DNA of 64,000 nt. Origin: an uncultured Phycisphaerales bacterium. Lineage in GTDB: Bacteria > Planctomycetota > Phycisphaerae > Phycisphaerales > SM1A02. The position numbers were made by a program, and so were the translations under genes. The first letter of the stretch is position 1. Every line of letters begins with the position of its first letter. This document shows positions 27,430 to 37,316 of the stretch, piece by piece. The stretch is from positions 128,001 through 192,000 of the forward strand of contig CALKEP010000001.1 of assembly GCA_938084645.1 (NCBI GenBank), in the 5' to 3' direction. The notes below the pieces were generated by a model. The model was not told the DNA's origin. It made no database searches and saw only the letters and a program-made list of their open reading frames with translations.

Positions 27430-29174
27430 GGTTCGCTGCGCTCCACCTTGACGCCGAAGTCGTCCGACGACACGACCCGCACCCGCGTGCCGCGGTCGAT
27501 GTAGGCCCCGACGCTCTGGGCGTCGATCAGGCGATCACCGAAGCGGACTCTGCCCGAGGTGCGGAGGGGTGAGACGACGACGCCTTCGGACCCCTTCGGG
27601 ATGATGGTACCGATCGTGGGCATGGGCGCCGGTGCGGGGCGGCCGGTCGAGTCGTCGATTCCCACTCCGACCGCATCCGCGAGAACGATCCGGCTGGCGA
27701 AGGAGAGTCGCGGGATGTTGCGGAGGAGCAGCCAGATCCCGACGCCGCCACCGATGAAGCCGATGGTCGTCGCGAGCAGGCCGTGCACCAGGCCGTCACG
27801 CACGCCGTCGTCGAACGGACGGCCTCCGACGAAGGTGCCCACCAGGCCGACGAAGATGCAGATCCCACCCGCGACGCCGGCGACGCCGAATCCGGGCAGC
27901 AGGAACAACTCGAACGCCGCGAGCATCAGGCCGATCAGGACCACTGCGACCGTCCACCATTCCGCCATTCCGGCCAGGAGGGGGGCACCGAGCAGCAGCG
28001 CCAACGCGGCGATGGAGACGAGGCCGAACGCGCCGTATCCGGGGGCGGCGGTCTCGATGAAGAAACCGATCAGCAAGACCGCGATGAGGACGGCGCGGAC
28101 CGGCCAGAGGGTCAGGAATCGAACGAGGCCTTCCGACCAGGTGGTGTCGTACCGGGTGGCGGAAGTCGCGCCGAAGAACGCGAGGAGCTCGCGATCATCG
28201 GCGATTTGCGCACTGGTGAATCCATACGCGGCGGCTTCGTCGGCCCGCAGGACGAGGAGTTCATCGCGGGTGACGACCTGGCCGAGCGAGACCCAGTCCT
28301 CGGCGTCCTCGGGGCCGAGCGTGGGTCGTCTTGACGGAAGGTCCTGCAGGAACTCGATCGTCGCGTCCCGTTCGCTCGCGGTGGGGACCGGTTCATCCGG
28401 ATCGGCGGTTCCGAGAAGGCCGGTCAGCGGATCCCTCGACGGCACGGACGGCAACCGGGCGAGGCCGGTCGAGGTGGGGGGCTCTCCGAAGATCCGCTCG
28501 TACTCCGGCGCGTCGACGAAGAGTCGATCGCCGGTTCGCTTGTTGCGGATGAGCCAGAGTTCCACGTCGACCGCGACGAAGGACTGGACCAGCTTCTCAT
28601 CCCAGCCCTGTCGACGTGCGTCGTACACCACTTCCGAGAGGAGCGGCGCTTCGATCTTGGCCCGCTCGGCGGCGGGGAGCTGTCGGAGTCCGACCACCGG
28701 CAGGCCCTGGATCGGGGCGGCGTCCCCGAAGACGCCGGAGGGTGTGGTGATGATCTCGCGGGTCGAGAGCGCGATGATCGTTCCGGCGCTGAAGGCCTTC
28801 GGCCGGATCCATGCGACGGTGTTCGCCGGGGCCCGAGTTCGAATCAGTTCGAGGATGTCGTAGGTCGCGAGCAGGTCGCCTCCCGGCGTGTCCAGTTCGA
28901 GGACCACGGCGTCGCACCCGTCGGCCTTCGCTTCCGCGAGTCTTCGCTCGAGGGAGCGGGTCGTCACGCCGTCGATGGGACCGTGGATCGGAAGGATCGC
29001 GACCGAATCGGCCTTTCGGCCGGCGGGGATCGCGATGGGCGTGGTCGGTGAGGACTGGACTTCGTCCGGCGAGGCTTCGGCGAGGAGACCGAGCAGGAGA
29101 AACACCGAAGCGAGGAAGACGAAGGCCCGAGCGGGAACGAGAGCATGGAGTTGGGAAGGGCGCATCGGGTTCAT
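27426..29174 (-). CDS. Long NfeD-family protein with ClpP/crotonase-like serine protease domain
   Basis: LELDTPGG, AFSAG, G.AAPI, TM block ELFLLPGFG, C-terminal PLRTSG OB fold. Confidence 0.88.
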   Translation of the reverse strand: MNPMRPSQLHALVPARAFVFLASVFLLLGLLAEASPDEVQSSPTTPIAIPAGRKADSVAILPIHGPIDGVTTRSLERRLAEAKADGCDAVVLELDTPGGDLLATYDILELIRTRAPANTVAWIRPKAFSAGTIIALSTREIITTPSGVFGDAAPIQGLPVVGLRQLPAAERAKIEAPLLSEVVYDARRQGWDEKLVQSFVAVDVELWLIRNKRTGDRLFVDAPEYERIFGEPPTSTGLARLPSVPSRDPLTGLLGTADPDEPVPTASERDATIEFLQDLPSRRPTLGPEDAEDWVSLGQVVTRDELLVLRADEAAAYGFTSAQIADDRELLAFFGATSATRYDTTWSEGLVRFLTLWPVRAVLIAVLLIGFFIETAAPGYGAFGLVSIAALALLLGAPLLAGMAEWWTVAVVLIGLMLAAFELFLLPGFGVAGVAGGICIFVGLVGTFVGGRPFDDGVRDGLVHGLLATTIGFIGGGVGIWLLLRNIPRLSFASRIVLADAVGVGIDDSTGRPAPAPMPTIGTIIPKGSEGVVVSPLRTSGRVRFGDRLIDAQSVGAYIDRGTRVRVVSSDDFGVKVERSEP

Positions 29175-29256
29175 CGCTTCGCATCATAGGACCCCGGATT
29201 CGCCGCCGTACGGTGGACGAGCGGCAGCGAGCGGCGACCCGCGCGTCATTCAAGGA

Positions 29257-29290
29257 GAAGCCGCCCGTGGAATGATCCACGGGCGGCTTC
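29257..29290 (-). terminator. Terminator hairpin after the prepilin-like genes
   Basis: Perfect 15-bp stem GAAGCCGCCCGTGGA-atga-TCCACGGGCGGCTTC. Confidence 0.75.
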
Positions 29291-29327
29291 GGATTCGGAG
29301 ACCGGACGAGTCCGGTCGGGGCTGGAA

Positions 29328-30194
29328 TCAGTCCCAGCTGATCGCGGATTCCCAGTTGAACGTCTCGCAGTCGCCACCGGTCGCGGAACCGGTGTCGGTG
29401 ATGCAGAGGAAGACGTCGCCGCCTTCACCGTCCTGGTCGACGTCTTCGGCGAAGAGAGTGTCTTCGACGACGACTCCGTTGTCGTTGATCTGGGCGAGCG
29501 TGGTCGGCGCGAAGGTCCGCGTCAGTTCGACGTGGTTGTCGTTGTAGCAGACGTTTCCGACCCACTCCTTGCGGGTGCCGTGGATCTGCAGCGTCTTCGA
29601 GCCGAGGTACGTGTCCTCGTCGTAGCTCGAGTTCTCGACGCCGCGGTTGCCGAGAACGGCGAACTTGGAGTCGAGCGACTTGCGCCACTGACGGGCCTTG
29701 CGATCACCGTAGAGAAGGCAGGTTCCGTAGCTCGTGTTGCAGGTCTGCTGAAGGTCGGCCTTGAACCGCGAGAAGTTGTTGGTGTCCCAGAACTTGTCGA
29801 GGGGCGGGCTGTACGACTCGAGGTCGTAGGTCGAGGCGATGGCGACGTTCGCCGATGCCTCGCTGGGGCTGACCAGGATCTGCGGCGTGGCGTACTCCGC
29901 GGAAATGGTCGCGGCGAAGAGGTTGGCGTGACTGTTCACGCTCTGATCCTCGGGGCCCTTGCCGGGCGTGTTGCCGCAGCGGTTGACCAGGCCAGGGGTG
30001 GGGAAGATGTCGTTGTAGTCGGTCGACATGATCAGCCAGCCCTTGTGGGTCTGGTTCAACTGCGTCGCATCCTTCACCTGGCGGGCCGAGGCGCGAGCCT
30101 TGGCGAGTGCCGGCAGCAGGAGGCCGAGCAGGAGGGCGATGATCGCCATCACGACGAGCAGCTCGATGAGCGTGAAGCCGTTTCGCTTTCGCAT
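29328..30194 (-). CDS. Prepilin-type N-terminal cleavage/methylation protein (DUF1559-like)
   Basis: [31 protein letters not shown]-terminal [10 protein letters not shown]. Confidence 0.9.
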   Translation of the reverse strand: MRKRNGFTLIELLVVMAIIALLLGLLLPALAKARASARQVKDATQLNQTHKGWLIMSTDYNDIFPTPGLVNRCGNTPGKGPEDQSVNSHANLFAATISAEYATPQILVSPSEASANVAIASTYDLESYSPPLDKFWDTNNFSRFKADLQQTCNTSYGTCLLYGDRKARQWRKSLDSKFAVLGNRGVENSSYDEDTYLGSKTLQIHGTRKEWVGNVCYNDNHVELTRTFAPTTLAQINDNGVVVEDTLFAEDVDQDGEGGDVFLCITDTGSATGGDCETFNWESAISWD

Positions 30195-30261
30195 GACTAT
30201 GAACTCCAATGTTCTGAATTGAGCGGGATTCGATCCCGTCCGAAGTAATCGTGAAGAAGGA

Positions 30262-31242
30262 TCAGTTGGCACGCTTCGCGTCGTAGATCGCGGTGCACTT
30301 GGGCTCGCCCGGTGCGCCTTCGACGACGATCTCGTTCATCGCGAGCCAGGTATCACCGGCTTCCCAGGTGTTGCAGTCCTCGAATTCGGCCGCGAAGATG
30401 TTGTCCTTCGCGAGTTCGCGGTCACCACATTCGTAAGCGACGTTGCTCGGGAAGAAGTTCTTGCTGTACTCCACATGGTTGTCGTTGTAGACGACGTTGC
30501 CCTGCCACTCGGTGTCGGGGCCCATGAAGAGGAGCGTCCAGCTCTTTCGGTACTCGTCGGTCGAGGTGTCACCGTTCTTGGTGCCACGAGTCGAGAAGAC
30601 GGGCTTCGAACTGTTCTGGTTGTTGCGCCAGGTGTTGGTCTTCCGGTCACCACAAAGCATGAGGTGGGCGAAGGAGCAGTGCGCCCGGCCGTAGGGGGCG
30701 GCACGGTTGATCTTCGACAGGAAGATCTGGTTCGCGGCGCCCTGGGGGCTGGTTCCGGGAGAGACGGTCACCGGGTCAGGCGTGTCGCCCATCCAGTAGA
30801 TGTCGGTCGCGGGGTCGATGACCGCGTAGTCGTAGCTGATCGAGTCGTCCGCGGCGTTGTCGCCGTACTTCGCCACGACGGGGTTGGCTTCCACCGGGCT
30901 GACGACGATGTCGTCGTTGAAGTAGCCCTGGCCGATCATGCCGGAGTAGAGATGGCCGGTCGAGTTCTTCTTCCAGTTCTCGGGACCGAAGCCGGGCTGT
31001 CGGCCGATCCGGGGATCGGTGAAGCGGTTGATCCGGCCCGGGGAGGGCAGGTAGCCGTTGGGGTCGTCGTTGGACCAGATGAGACAGGCCTTGTGGATCT
31101 GGGCCTGCTGATTGGAGTCCTTCACGACTCGCGCGGCCTGCTGGGCACGGGAGAGTGCGGGGAGAAGAAGTCCGATGAGCAGCGCGATGATCGCGATGAC
31201 CACCAGCAACTCGACGAGGGTGAAACCGTTGCGCTTTCGCAT
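30262..31242 (-). CDS. Prepilin-type N-terminal cleavage/methylation protein (DUF1559-like), tandem paralogue
   Basis: [47 protein letters not shown]. Confidence 0.9.
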   Translation of the reverse strand: MRKRNGFTLVELLVVIAIIALLIGLLLPALSRAQQAARVVKDSNQQAQIHKACLIWSNDDPNGYLPSPGRINRFTDPRIGRQPGFGPENWKKNSTGHLYSGMIGQGYFNDDIVVSPVEANPVVAKYGDNAADDSISYDYAVIDPATDIYWMGDTPDPVTVSPGTSPQGAANQIFLSKINRAAPYGRAHCSFAHLMLCGDRKTNTWRNNQNSSKPVFSTRGTKNGDTSTDEYRKSWTLLFMGPDTEWQGNVVYNDNHVEYSKNFFPSNVAYECGDRELAKDNIFAAEFEDCNTWEAGDTWLAMNEIVVEGAPGEPKCTAIYDAKRAN

Positions 31243-31875
31243 GTGTGGGGTCTCCAAGAAGCAAGGAGCCTGAAAAGGAATTCGGCGATCGGATGAACGC
31301 CGCGATGAACACGATGAATCGGATCTTCCCTCTGGAGCCGCCGCTACGAGGAAGGCGCCAGAGTTCCGCCGACCTGGACCGGCCGGAGGGATGGAAGGCC
31401 CGAAGAAGAGCCTCTACGAAAGTGCGGTGGGTGAAACCCTCGTGATTCGAATCCGCAACGAGTGCGAAGTCCGATTCCCGCGATCACCATCATCATCCGG
31501 ACTTGGAACACGAAGGACGTGAATCAACTTGATTCGCGATGTCGCGATCCGGGGTGGATGTCTGGTGATCCAGCCGCTGGCGAGCCCGACCGAGGAAGCC
31601 CGAACCCTCTGCCTCCATGCCCGTTTCCGGCCCGGGAGGGAGGATGGGGAGGAGGAGGCGGTTACGAGACAGCCGCGACCTTTTCGGAGGTCGCTCGGTC
31701 GGTATGTCTCGGGCGGCGGCGGATGATTGCCGAAGTGACTCGGCGAATGAGGGCAGGTGAGCATGTTGACCGGCGATGAATGATGGTGCCGGCGATCCGG
31801 AAATCTTCCGGAGGCTCGAAATATGAAGGACCTGCCGCGGCCCGTATCGAAGGTGCTTGGAATCCAAGCGCCACA

Positions 31876-31903
31876 AGGATATTCCGTCCGCCGGACCTGT
31901 CAA
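31876..31903 (-). promoter_or_regulatory. Putative sigma70-type promoter facing the prepilin-like genes
   Basis: Minus strand TTGACA-N16-TATCCT. Confidence 0.55.
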
Positions 31904-32251
31904 GTTCCTCGAAATGGGGATTGAGGCCTAAAAAGGTCGCTGAGGTCATCCTTACAGGGCCTCCGTCAGGCGACTTTTCTCCGCGGAATTCGAACGGCCC
32001 CACCGGATTCGCCCGCGTTCGGCCCGTTGATACCGCCGGGGGGCCTCCGCTTGGGGCCTGGTCGGGCAGGGTTGGATCGCCCTGCGGAGGGTTCCTCGAT
32101 CATCGAGCGTCGGCGGTGATGGGCCTCGGCGGCGTGCTATCGTCCCCTCGCCCGGTCACGAGCTCGTCCAGAGCCCGGGTGATGGGCGTCTGGGGCGAAC
32201 TCCCACGGTCGCTTCAAGCCCGATCGCTTCCAGGTCCACGACGGAGGATGA

Positions 32252-32719
32252 ATGGTGAATTCGATCGAATCCAGGCTCAAGGATCTGGGCATCGACCTTC
32301 CGGATGCCCCCAAGCCGGTCGCGTCCTACGTGCCCGCGGTTCGTACCGGCAACCTGCTCGTGGTCAGCGGGCAGCTTGCTTTCGAGGACGGGATCCTCGC
32401 CCACACCGGGGCGGTCCCCTCCGCGACGTCCGTCGAGGACGCGATCGTGGCGGCGCGACGGTGCGCCATCAACGGGATCGCGGCAGCCCGTTCCGCGCTG
32501 GGTGGCGACCTCGATCTGATTCGCCGGGTGGTGCGACTGGGCGTCTTCGTCCAGAGCGACGCCGGATTCGATGCCCAGCCACAGGTGGCGAACGGTGCCA
32601 GTGATCTCATGGTCGAGGTCTTCGGCGATGCGGGGCGTCACGCGCGGGCCGCGGTCGGCGTCAGCGCGCTGCCACTCGACGCTTCGGTCGAGATCGAGTT
32701 CATGTTCGAAGTCGAATGA
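32252..32719 (+). CDS. RidA/YjgF family protein
   Basis: P.ASYVP, VSGQL, VANGASDL, HARAAVGV..LP.DA.VEIE; GGAGG RBS. Confidence 0.92.
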   Translation: MVNSIESRLKDLGIDLPDAPKPVASYVPAVRTGNLLVVSGQLAFEDGILAHTGAVPSATSVEDAIVAARRCAINGIAAARSALGGDLDLIRRVVRLGVFVQSDAGFDAQPQVANGASDLMVEVFGDAGRHARAAVGVSALPLDASVEIEFMFEVE

Positions 32720-32738
32720 GCGGATCGCGGGCGATGCT

Positions 32739-34049
32739 TCAGGCTCGCGAGACGACCCAGGCCACGAGGATCAGGTTCGCAAGGACGCTGAGGACCAGCC
32801 CGGCGATCAACGCCAGGTTCAGTCCCTGAGTGTCGCCGCCCCGGGTCGCCGGTCGCATCGTCTCCGATTCCTCGCCTTCGGCCGCCATCGACGAGACCAC
32901 CGTCGCGATGTCCATCACGCTGCGGGCGTGCATGGGCATTCCGCCGGACTCCACGGCGTCGAGATCCTCGAGAAGCTCCTCGGCGCTGCGATATCGATCG
33001 GCGGGATCCTTCGCCATCATCAGCTCGATGATCTGGGCGAGGCCGCTCGAGATCGAGGGGTTCAGCTGGTCGGGCGGGACGATTTCGTCCTTGAGGTGGC
33101 GATGCATGACCTCGGACGGGTTCTTGCCGTTGAAGGGGACCCGCCCGGTGACCATGTGGTAGAGCGTCGCGCCGAGGCCGTAGATGTCGGCCTGGGGCCC
33201 GATGTCGACCTTGCCGCGGATCTGCTCGGGTGAGATGTAGAAAGGCGTTCCGTAGGCCTTTCCAGCCTCCGCCTCCGCGGATTCCTTGTCGCTGAGGGCG
33301 CGGGCGAGACCGAGGTCCGCGAGCTTCACGACTCCGGAGTCGGTGAGCATGATGTTCTTCGGCTTGATGTCCCGGTGGATGAAGCCCCGCGCGTGGGCGT
33401 GCATGAGCGCGGACGCCATCTGCTTCGTCACCTGGATCGCCTCCACCTCGTCGAAGCGCTTGTCGGCGCTGATCCGGTCGAAGACCGTCTCGCCGTCGAC
33501 GTACTCCATCACGAAGTAGTGGTGCTCGCCGGACTGGGCCACGTCGTACGCGGCGACGATGTTCGGATCGTTGAGTTTCGCCGCGGCGCGCCCCTCCTTG
33601 TAGAAGCGGGCGATGAAGTCGGCGTTGTCGTTGTATCGGCGTGGGAGGACCTTGATCGCGACGAACCGATCCAGCGAGAGCTGCTTGCCGAGGAACACCG
33701 TCGCCATCGCGCCGGCGCCCAGCTTGCGGATGATCTTGTAGCCGGGGATCGCGCGGGTGCTCTTCTCCGACTCGACTTCGGTCCGGAGCCGCTCGACCTG
33801 GCTGGGCGTCATGAAGCCCGATTTGAGGAGGGCGTCCGCGAGACTCGCGTCGGGGTCCTGCTCCCGCGTGTTCCGAACGACCTCGAGTTCGTCGGGACTG
33901 ACCAGCCCGCGTTCGACCACGACCCGACCGAGCAGCGTCTCGAACCCGGCGCCGGCCCGACTGCCGCTGTCGCCGCCGCTCGCGGCCGCATCACTGCGGT
34001 CCGAGGTCGGCTCGGCGTCCTTGGCGGGCTGGGGGTTCGGTTCGGTCAC
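32739..34049 (-). CDS. Hanks-type Ser/Thr protein kinase with C-terminal TM anchor
   Basis: LGAGAMATV, VAIKVL, HRDIKPKN, DLGLA, GTPFYISPE, DIYGLG; hydrophobic C-terminus. Confidence 0.95.
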   Translation of the reverse strand: MTEPNPQPAKDAEPTSDRSDAAASGGDSGSRAGAGFETLLGRVVVERGLVSPDELEVVRNTREQDPDASLADALLKSGFMTPSQVERLRTEVESEKSTRAIPGYKIIRKLGAGAMATVFLGKQLSLDRFVAIKVLPRRYNDNADFIARFYKEGRAAAKLNDPNIVAAYDVAQSGEHHYFVMEYVDGETVFDRISADKRFDEVEAIQVTKQMASALMHAHARGFIHRDIKPKNIMLTDSGVVKLADLGLARALSDKESAEAEAGKAYGTPFYISPEQIRGKVDIGPQADIYGLGATLYHMVTGRVPFNGKNPSEVMHRHLKDEIVPPDQLNPSISSGLAQIIELMMAKDPADRYRSAEELLEDLDAVESGGMPMHARSVMDIATVVSSMAAEGEESETMRPATRGGDTQGLNLALIAGLVLSVLANLILVAWVVSRA

Positions 34050-34205
34050 GTCGGTGGTCTCTCGGAAGGCGTCGGGGCTTTGGAGGGGTGCGGACGGTGC
34101 CTTCGGGCGGGGTGTGGAGCGGTCGTTCGGTCGATCAACGGACGAAGAACGAATCGGTGACTATTCTCGCAACCCCGTGACCTGTCAAGCGATCCAGATC
34201 CAACC

Positions 34206-35255
34206 GTGACCCAGCCACCCCGAATCCTCCTGATCCGTCCGAGTGCGCTCGGCGATGTGTTCCGCTCGGTCCCCCTGGCCGCGTCCCTTTTCCGGGCATT
34301 CCCGGAAAACCCGATCGATTGGGTCGTGCAGGAGGAGTTCTCGGATGCGATTCGAGCCCATCCCGCCGTGTCCCGGGTCATCGGCTTCCCGAGACGGCGA
34401 CTTCAGCACTGGTGGCGATCTCCCTCCGCGCTGGCCACCGCCTCGCGGTTCTTCCGGGGGTTGCGCGGAAATTACGCGATGGCGATCGATGCCCAGGGAC
34501 TCGCCCGCAGCGGCTTGATGGCGTTTGCGAGCGGGGCTCGCCGCCGCATCGGATTCGCGGATGCACCGGAAGGGGCCTGGCTGGGCTACGACGAGCGGAT
34601 CCCAGTCTCCCCGGATCGCTCGGCCGTGGATCGGATGCTCGGCCTGCTTGAAGGCGCCGGGATCGAGCCGATCGCGGACTGCCGGCTCCGTGTTCCCGAG
34701 GATGCGGAGGCCGGTTGGGCGGCCTGGCGATCGGCATCGATCGGAGCGGCCACCTACGTCGCCATCGCCCCGACCAGCCGATGGACGAGCAAGGAATGGC
34801 CCATGACGCACTGGCGGGGACTCCTGGAGCGACTGCTCGATGAGCGGCTCGCCGAGCGGATCGTGCTGCTCGGTGCCGCATCGGAGGCGGACCGTCTTCA
34901 CGAACTCGCCGGCGATCGTGCCGAAGCGGTGGTGATGGCGGGCGCCGGTCCGCTCGCGATGTCGATGGCGGCGGTTCGCGATGCGGCGCTCCTGGTCGCC
35001 AATGATTCGGCGATGCTTCACGCTGCGGTGGGCTTCGACGTACCGCTGGTGGGGCTCTTCGGTCCGACCGACCCCGCGATCTCCGGGCCCTACGGCCGAG
35101 TCGTGGACTGCATCGCGTCGCCGCTCGCCGATGGTGCGATCCACTATCGCGATCGAGGGCTCGGTGATCGTCTCATGCGGGCGATTCAGGTCGAGCAGGT
35201 GCTGGCGGCGTGTCGTGAACGTCTCACGACCGTGCATGTGGAGTCGGCGCCATGA
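34206..35255 (+). CDS. Glycosyltransferase family 9 (LPS heptosyltransferase-like)
   Basis: LLIRPSALGDV, DAQGLARS, KEWP, NDSAMLH.A, LFGPT. Confidence 0.92.
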   Translation: MTQPPRILLIRPSALGDVFRSVPLAASLFRAFPENPIDWVVQEEFSDAIRAHPAVSRVIGFPRRRLQHWWRSPSALATASRFFRGLRGNYAMAIDAQGLARSGLMAFASGARRRIGFADAPEGAWLGYDERIPVSPDRSAVDRMLGLLEGAGIEPIADCRLRVPEDAEAGWAAWRSASIGAATYVAIAPTSRWTSKEWPMTHWRGLLERLLDERLAERIVLLGAASEADRLHELAGDRAEAVVMAGAGPLAMSMAAVRDAALLVANDSAMLHAAVGFDVPLVGLFGPTDPAISGPYGRVVDCIASPLADGAIHYRDRGLGDRLMRAIQVEQVLAACRERLTTVHVESAP

Positions 35256-35845
35256 AGCGATCGGTGCTGCTGGGCAGCGCGAGTCCGCGGCGACGCCGGC
35301 TGCTGGAGTCCGCCGGATGGCGGGTCGAGCAGGTCGCGCCCGCGATCGACGATGGGGTGATCCGACTCTCGTCCGTTTCGCCCGCGAGCACCGTCGAGGC
35401 GCTGGCGTGGTTCAAGTCGGCGCAGATCGTCGACGTCGATGCGGCCCACGTCGCGAGCATCGCGGCGGACACCGTCTGCGTGGTCGGCGATGCGATCGTC
35501 GGCAAGCCCGGCGATCGAACCGAGGCCGAAGGCATGATCACCCGGATGCTCGGTCGAAGACATCGCACGATCACCGGCGTGTGCATTCGAAATCGCGCCG
35601 GACGACGTCTGTTGTTCAGCGATGCGGCGGAGGTCTCGATGGGAGATCTCGCACCCGAGCGAATCGAGGCCTATCTCGACTCCGGTGAGTGGGTCGGCAA
35701 GGCGGGCGGCTACAACCTCGAGGACCGGATCGCGGACGGCTGGCCCATCGAATGCGAGGGCGACCCCTCGACGGTGATGGGACTGCCCATCCGGCGGTTG
35801 ATTCCCTTGCTCGACGAATGGACGAGATCGGAGGATCGCCCGTGA
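35252..35845 (+). CDS. maf: Maf-family nucleotide pyrophosphatase
   Basis: LGSASPRR, ADTV, GKP, GKAGGY, VMGLP. Confidence 0.9.
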   Translation: MKRSVLLGSASPRRRRLLESAGWRVEQVAPAIDDGVIRLSSVSPASTVEALAWFKSAQIVDVDAAHVASIAADTVCVVGDAIVGKPGDRTEAEGMITRMLGRRHRTITGVCIRNRAGRRLLFSDAAEVSMGDLAPERIEAYLDSGEWVGKAGGYNLEDRIADGWPIECEGDPSTVMGLPIRRLIPLLDEWTRSEDRP

Positions 35846-36288
35846 ATTCGTTGACCGCGATCCAGGTCCTTCCGTGTCTCGGACAGACCCATCTGCCGGC
35901 GTGGACGACGTGCGTGGCGCTTGCGGTGGCCGCCGTGGCCGGGGGTTGGTACTGGAGGCGGCTGCGCCGCGGATCGGTGCCGATGATCCGGCGAAGGCTT
36001 CGGCGGGCGAGCCTGGTGATCGGGGGTGGGGTGCTCGTCGCCGCGGCGGCTGCCACCGGATGGCTCGATCCCGCCGTGCATCAGGTCCCCTACATCGTCA
36101 CCTGGGCCGGAGTCGTGCTGGGCCTGCTGGTGCTGGTGATCCTGTCGCTGATCGACGCGGTCGTGTCGATTCGCATGCACCAGCGCAGTCTCGATCGACG
36201 TCTCGTCCGCGATGCGCTCCGGATTCGCAGCGCGATGGATCGCGAGGGCATCGGATCGCGAGCCGATGGGGAGGCCGACGATGCATGA
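35842..36288 (+). CDS. Hypothetical membrane protein (3 TM)
   Basis: GTG overlaps the maf stop; three hydrophobic segments; overlaps the lpxK start. Confidence 0.65.
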   Translation: MNSLTAIQVLPCLGQTHLPAWTTCVALAVAAVAGGWYWRRLRRGSVPMIRRRLRRASLVIGGGVLVAAAAATGWLDPAVHQVPYIVTWAGVVLGLLVLVILSLIDAVVSIRMHQRSLDRRLVRDALRIRSAMDREGIGSRADGEADDA

Positions 36289-37300
36289 GCCACCACGTTG
36301 GGCTTCGATCCTGCTCGCGCCCGCGACCTTGGTGTACGCGACGGTCGTCGACTGGCGTCGTCGTCGCTTCGATGCCGGGAAGGGTGTGATCCGACTCGAC
36401 GCCCCCGTGATCTCGGTCGGGAACCTCGTCGCGGGCGGCACCGGGAAGTCGCCGATCTGCCGGATCGTCGCCCGCCACCTCCAGCAGGCGGGGCGGCGGC
36501 CCGCGATCGCGATGCGCGGATATCGAGCCGGGGCGACCGGCTTCTCCGACGAAGCCGCGGAATACGCAGCGCGTCTCCCCGAGGTGCCCGTCGCGGTCGG
36601 TGCGGATCGGATCGCCGCCATCGCGGCGTTGGAGAACGCTCCGGGATCGATCGTCCTCGACGACGGCTTCCAACATCGACGGGTGCATCGGGATCTCGAC
36701 ATCGTCCTCGTCGACGCCGTCCACTCCGGTCTCGATCGGGCGATGCTGCCGTCGGGACCGAGACGGGAGCCGAAGAGCGCCCTGGGTCGTGCGGATCTGG
36801 TCGTCGTGACGCGGGCGTCGGAGATCGATCCCGTCCTGGCCGCCGACATCGAGCGGCATCATGGCCGGCCGCCCATCGCCTGGACTCGTCACGTCTGGAC
36901 CGGGCTGACGTCGCATCACGAGGGCGTCGAATCGGCACGGCCGGTGTCCGACCTCGAGGGGCGTCGAGTCGCGACCCTGTTCGGAGTCGGTAATCCGGAT
37001 TCCATCCGACGAGCGATCGAAGCGGCCGGCGGCATCGTCGTGCACGATGTCGCGGTGCGAGACCATGCCGCGTACGACGCGGCCCGCGTCTCGTCGATCG
37101 CCACCGCCGCGAAGGCGGCCGGTGCGGAGGCGATCGTCACCACGCTGAAGGACTGGGTGAAGATCGGTCGGCACGCGGATCGGCTCGGCGCGATGCCGAT
37201 GCTGGTTCCAACGCTCGAGATCGAGTTTCTCGCCGGAGAGGCGGCACTTTTCGAGACCATCGACGAGACGGTCGCGAGGGCGGCCCCGGCCGCGCGGTGA
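36281..37300 (+). CDS. lpxK: Tetraacyldisaccharide 4'-kinase
   Basis: PVISVGNL.AGGTGKSP, RGY, SDE, LDDGFQH, LP.GP.RE, TT.KD.VK. Confidence 0.93.
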   Translation: MHEPPRWASILLAPATLVYATVVDWRRRRFDAGKGVIRLDAPVISVGNLVAGGTGKSPICRIVARHLQQAGRRPAIAMRGYRAGATGFSDEAAEYAARLPEVPVAVGADRIAAIAALENAPGSIVLDDGFQHRRVHRDLDIVLVDAVHSGLDRAMLPSGPRREPKSALGRADLVVVTRASEIDPVLAADIERHHGRPPIAWTRHVWTGLTSHHEGVESARPVSDLEGRRVATLFGVGNPDSIRRAIEAAGGIVVHDVAVRDHAAYDAARVSSIATAAKAAGAEAIVTTLKDWVKIGRHADRLGAMPMLVPTLEIEFLAGEAALFETIDETVARAAPAAR

Positions 37301-37316
37301 TAGGCTCCGCCCCATC

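Noticed and set aside
31550..31720. GAGGAAGCCCG segment resembling the RNase P RNA P4 5' strand
   Set aside because: It does not match GAGGAAAGUCC, and no matching 3' P4 strand was seen.
31414..32604. ORFs of 105-274 aa in the intergenic gap
   Set aside because: Ser/Pro/Arg-rich, no motifs, no clear RBS, and mutually overlapping. A small peptide cannot be fully excluded.
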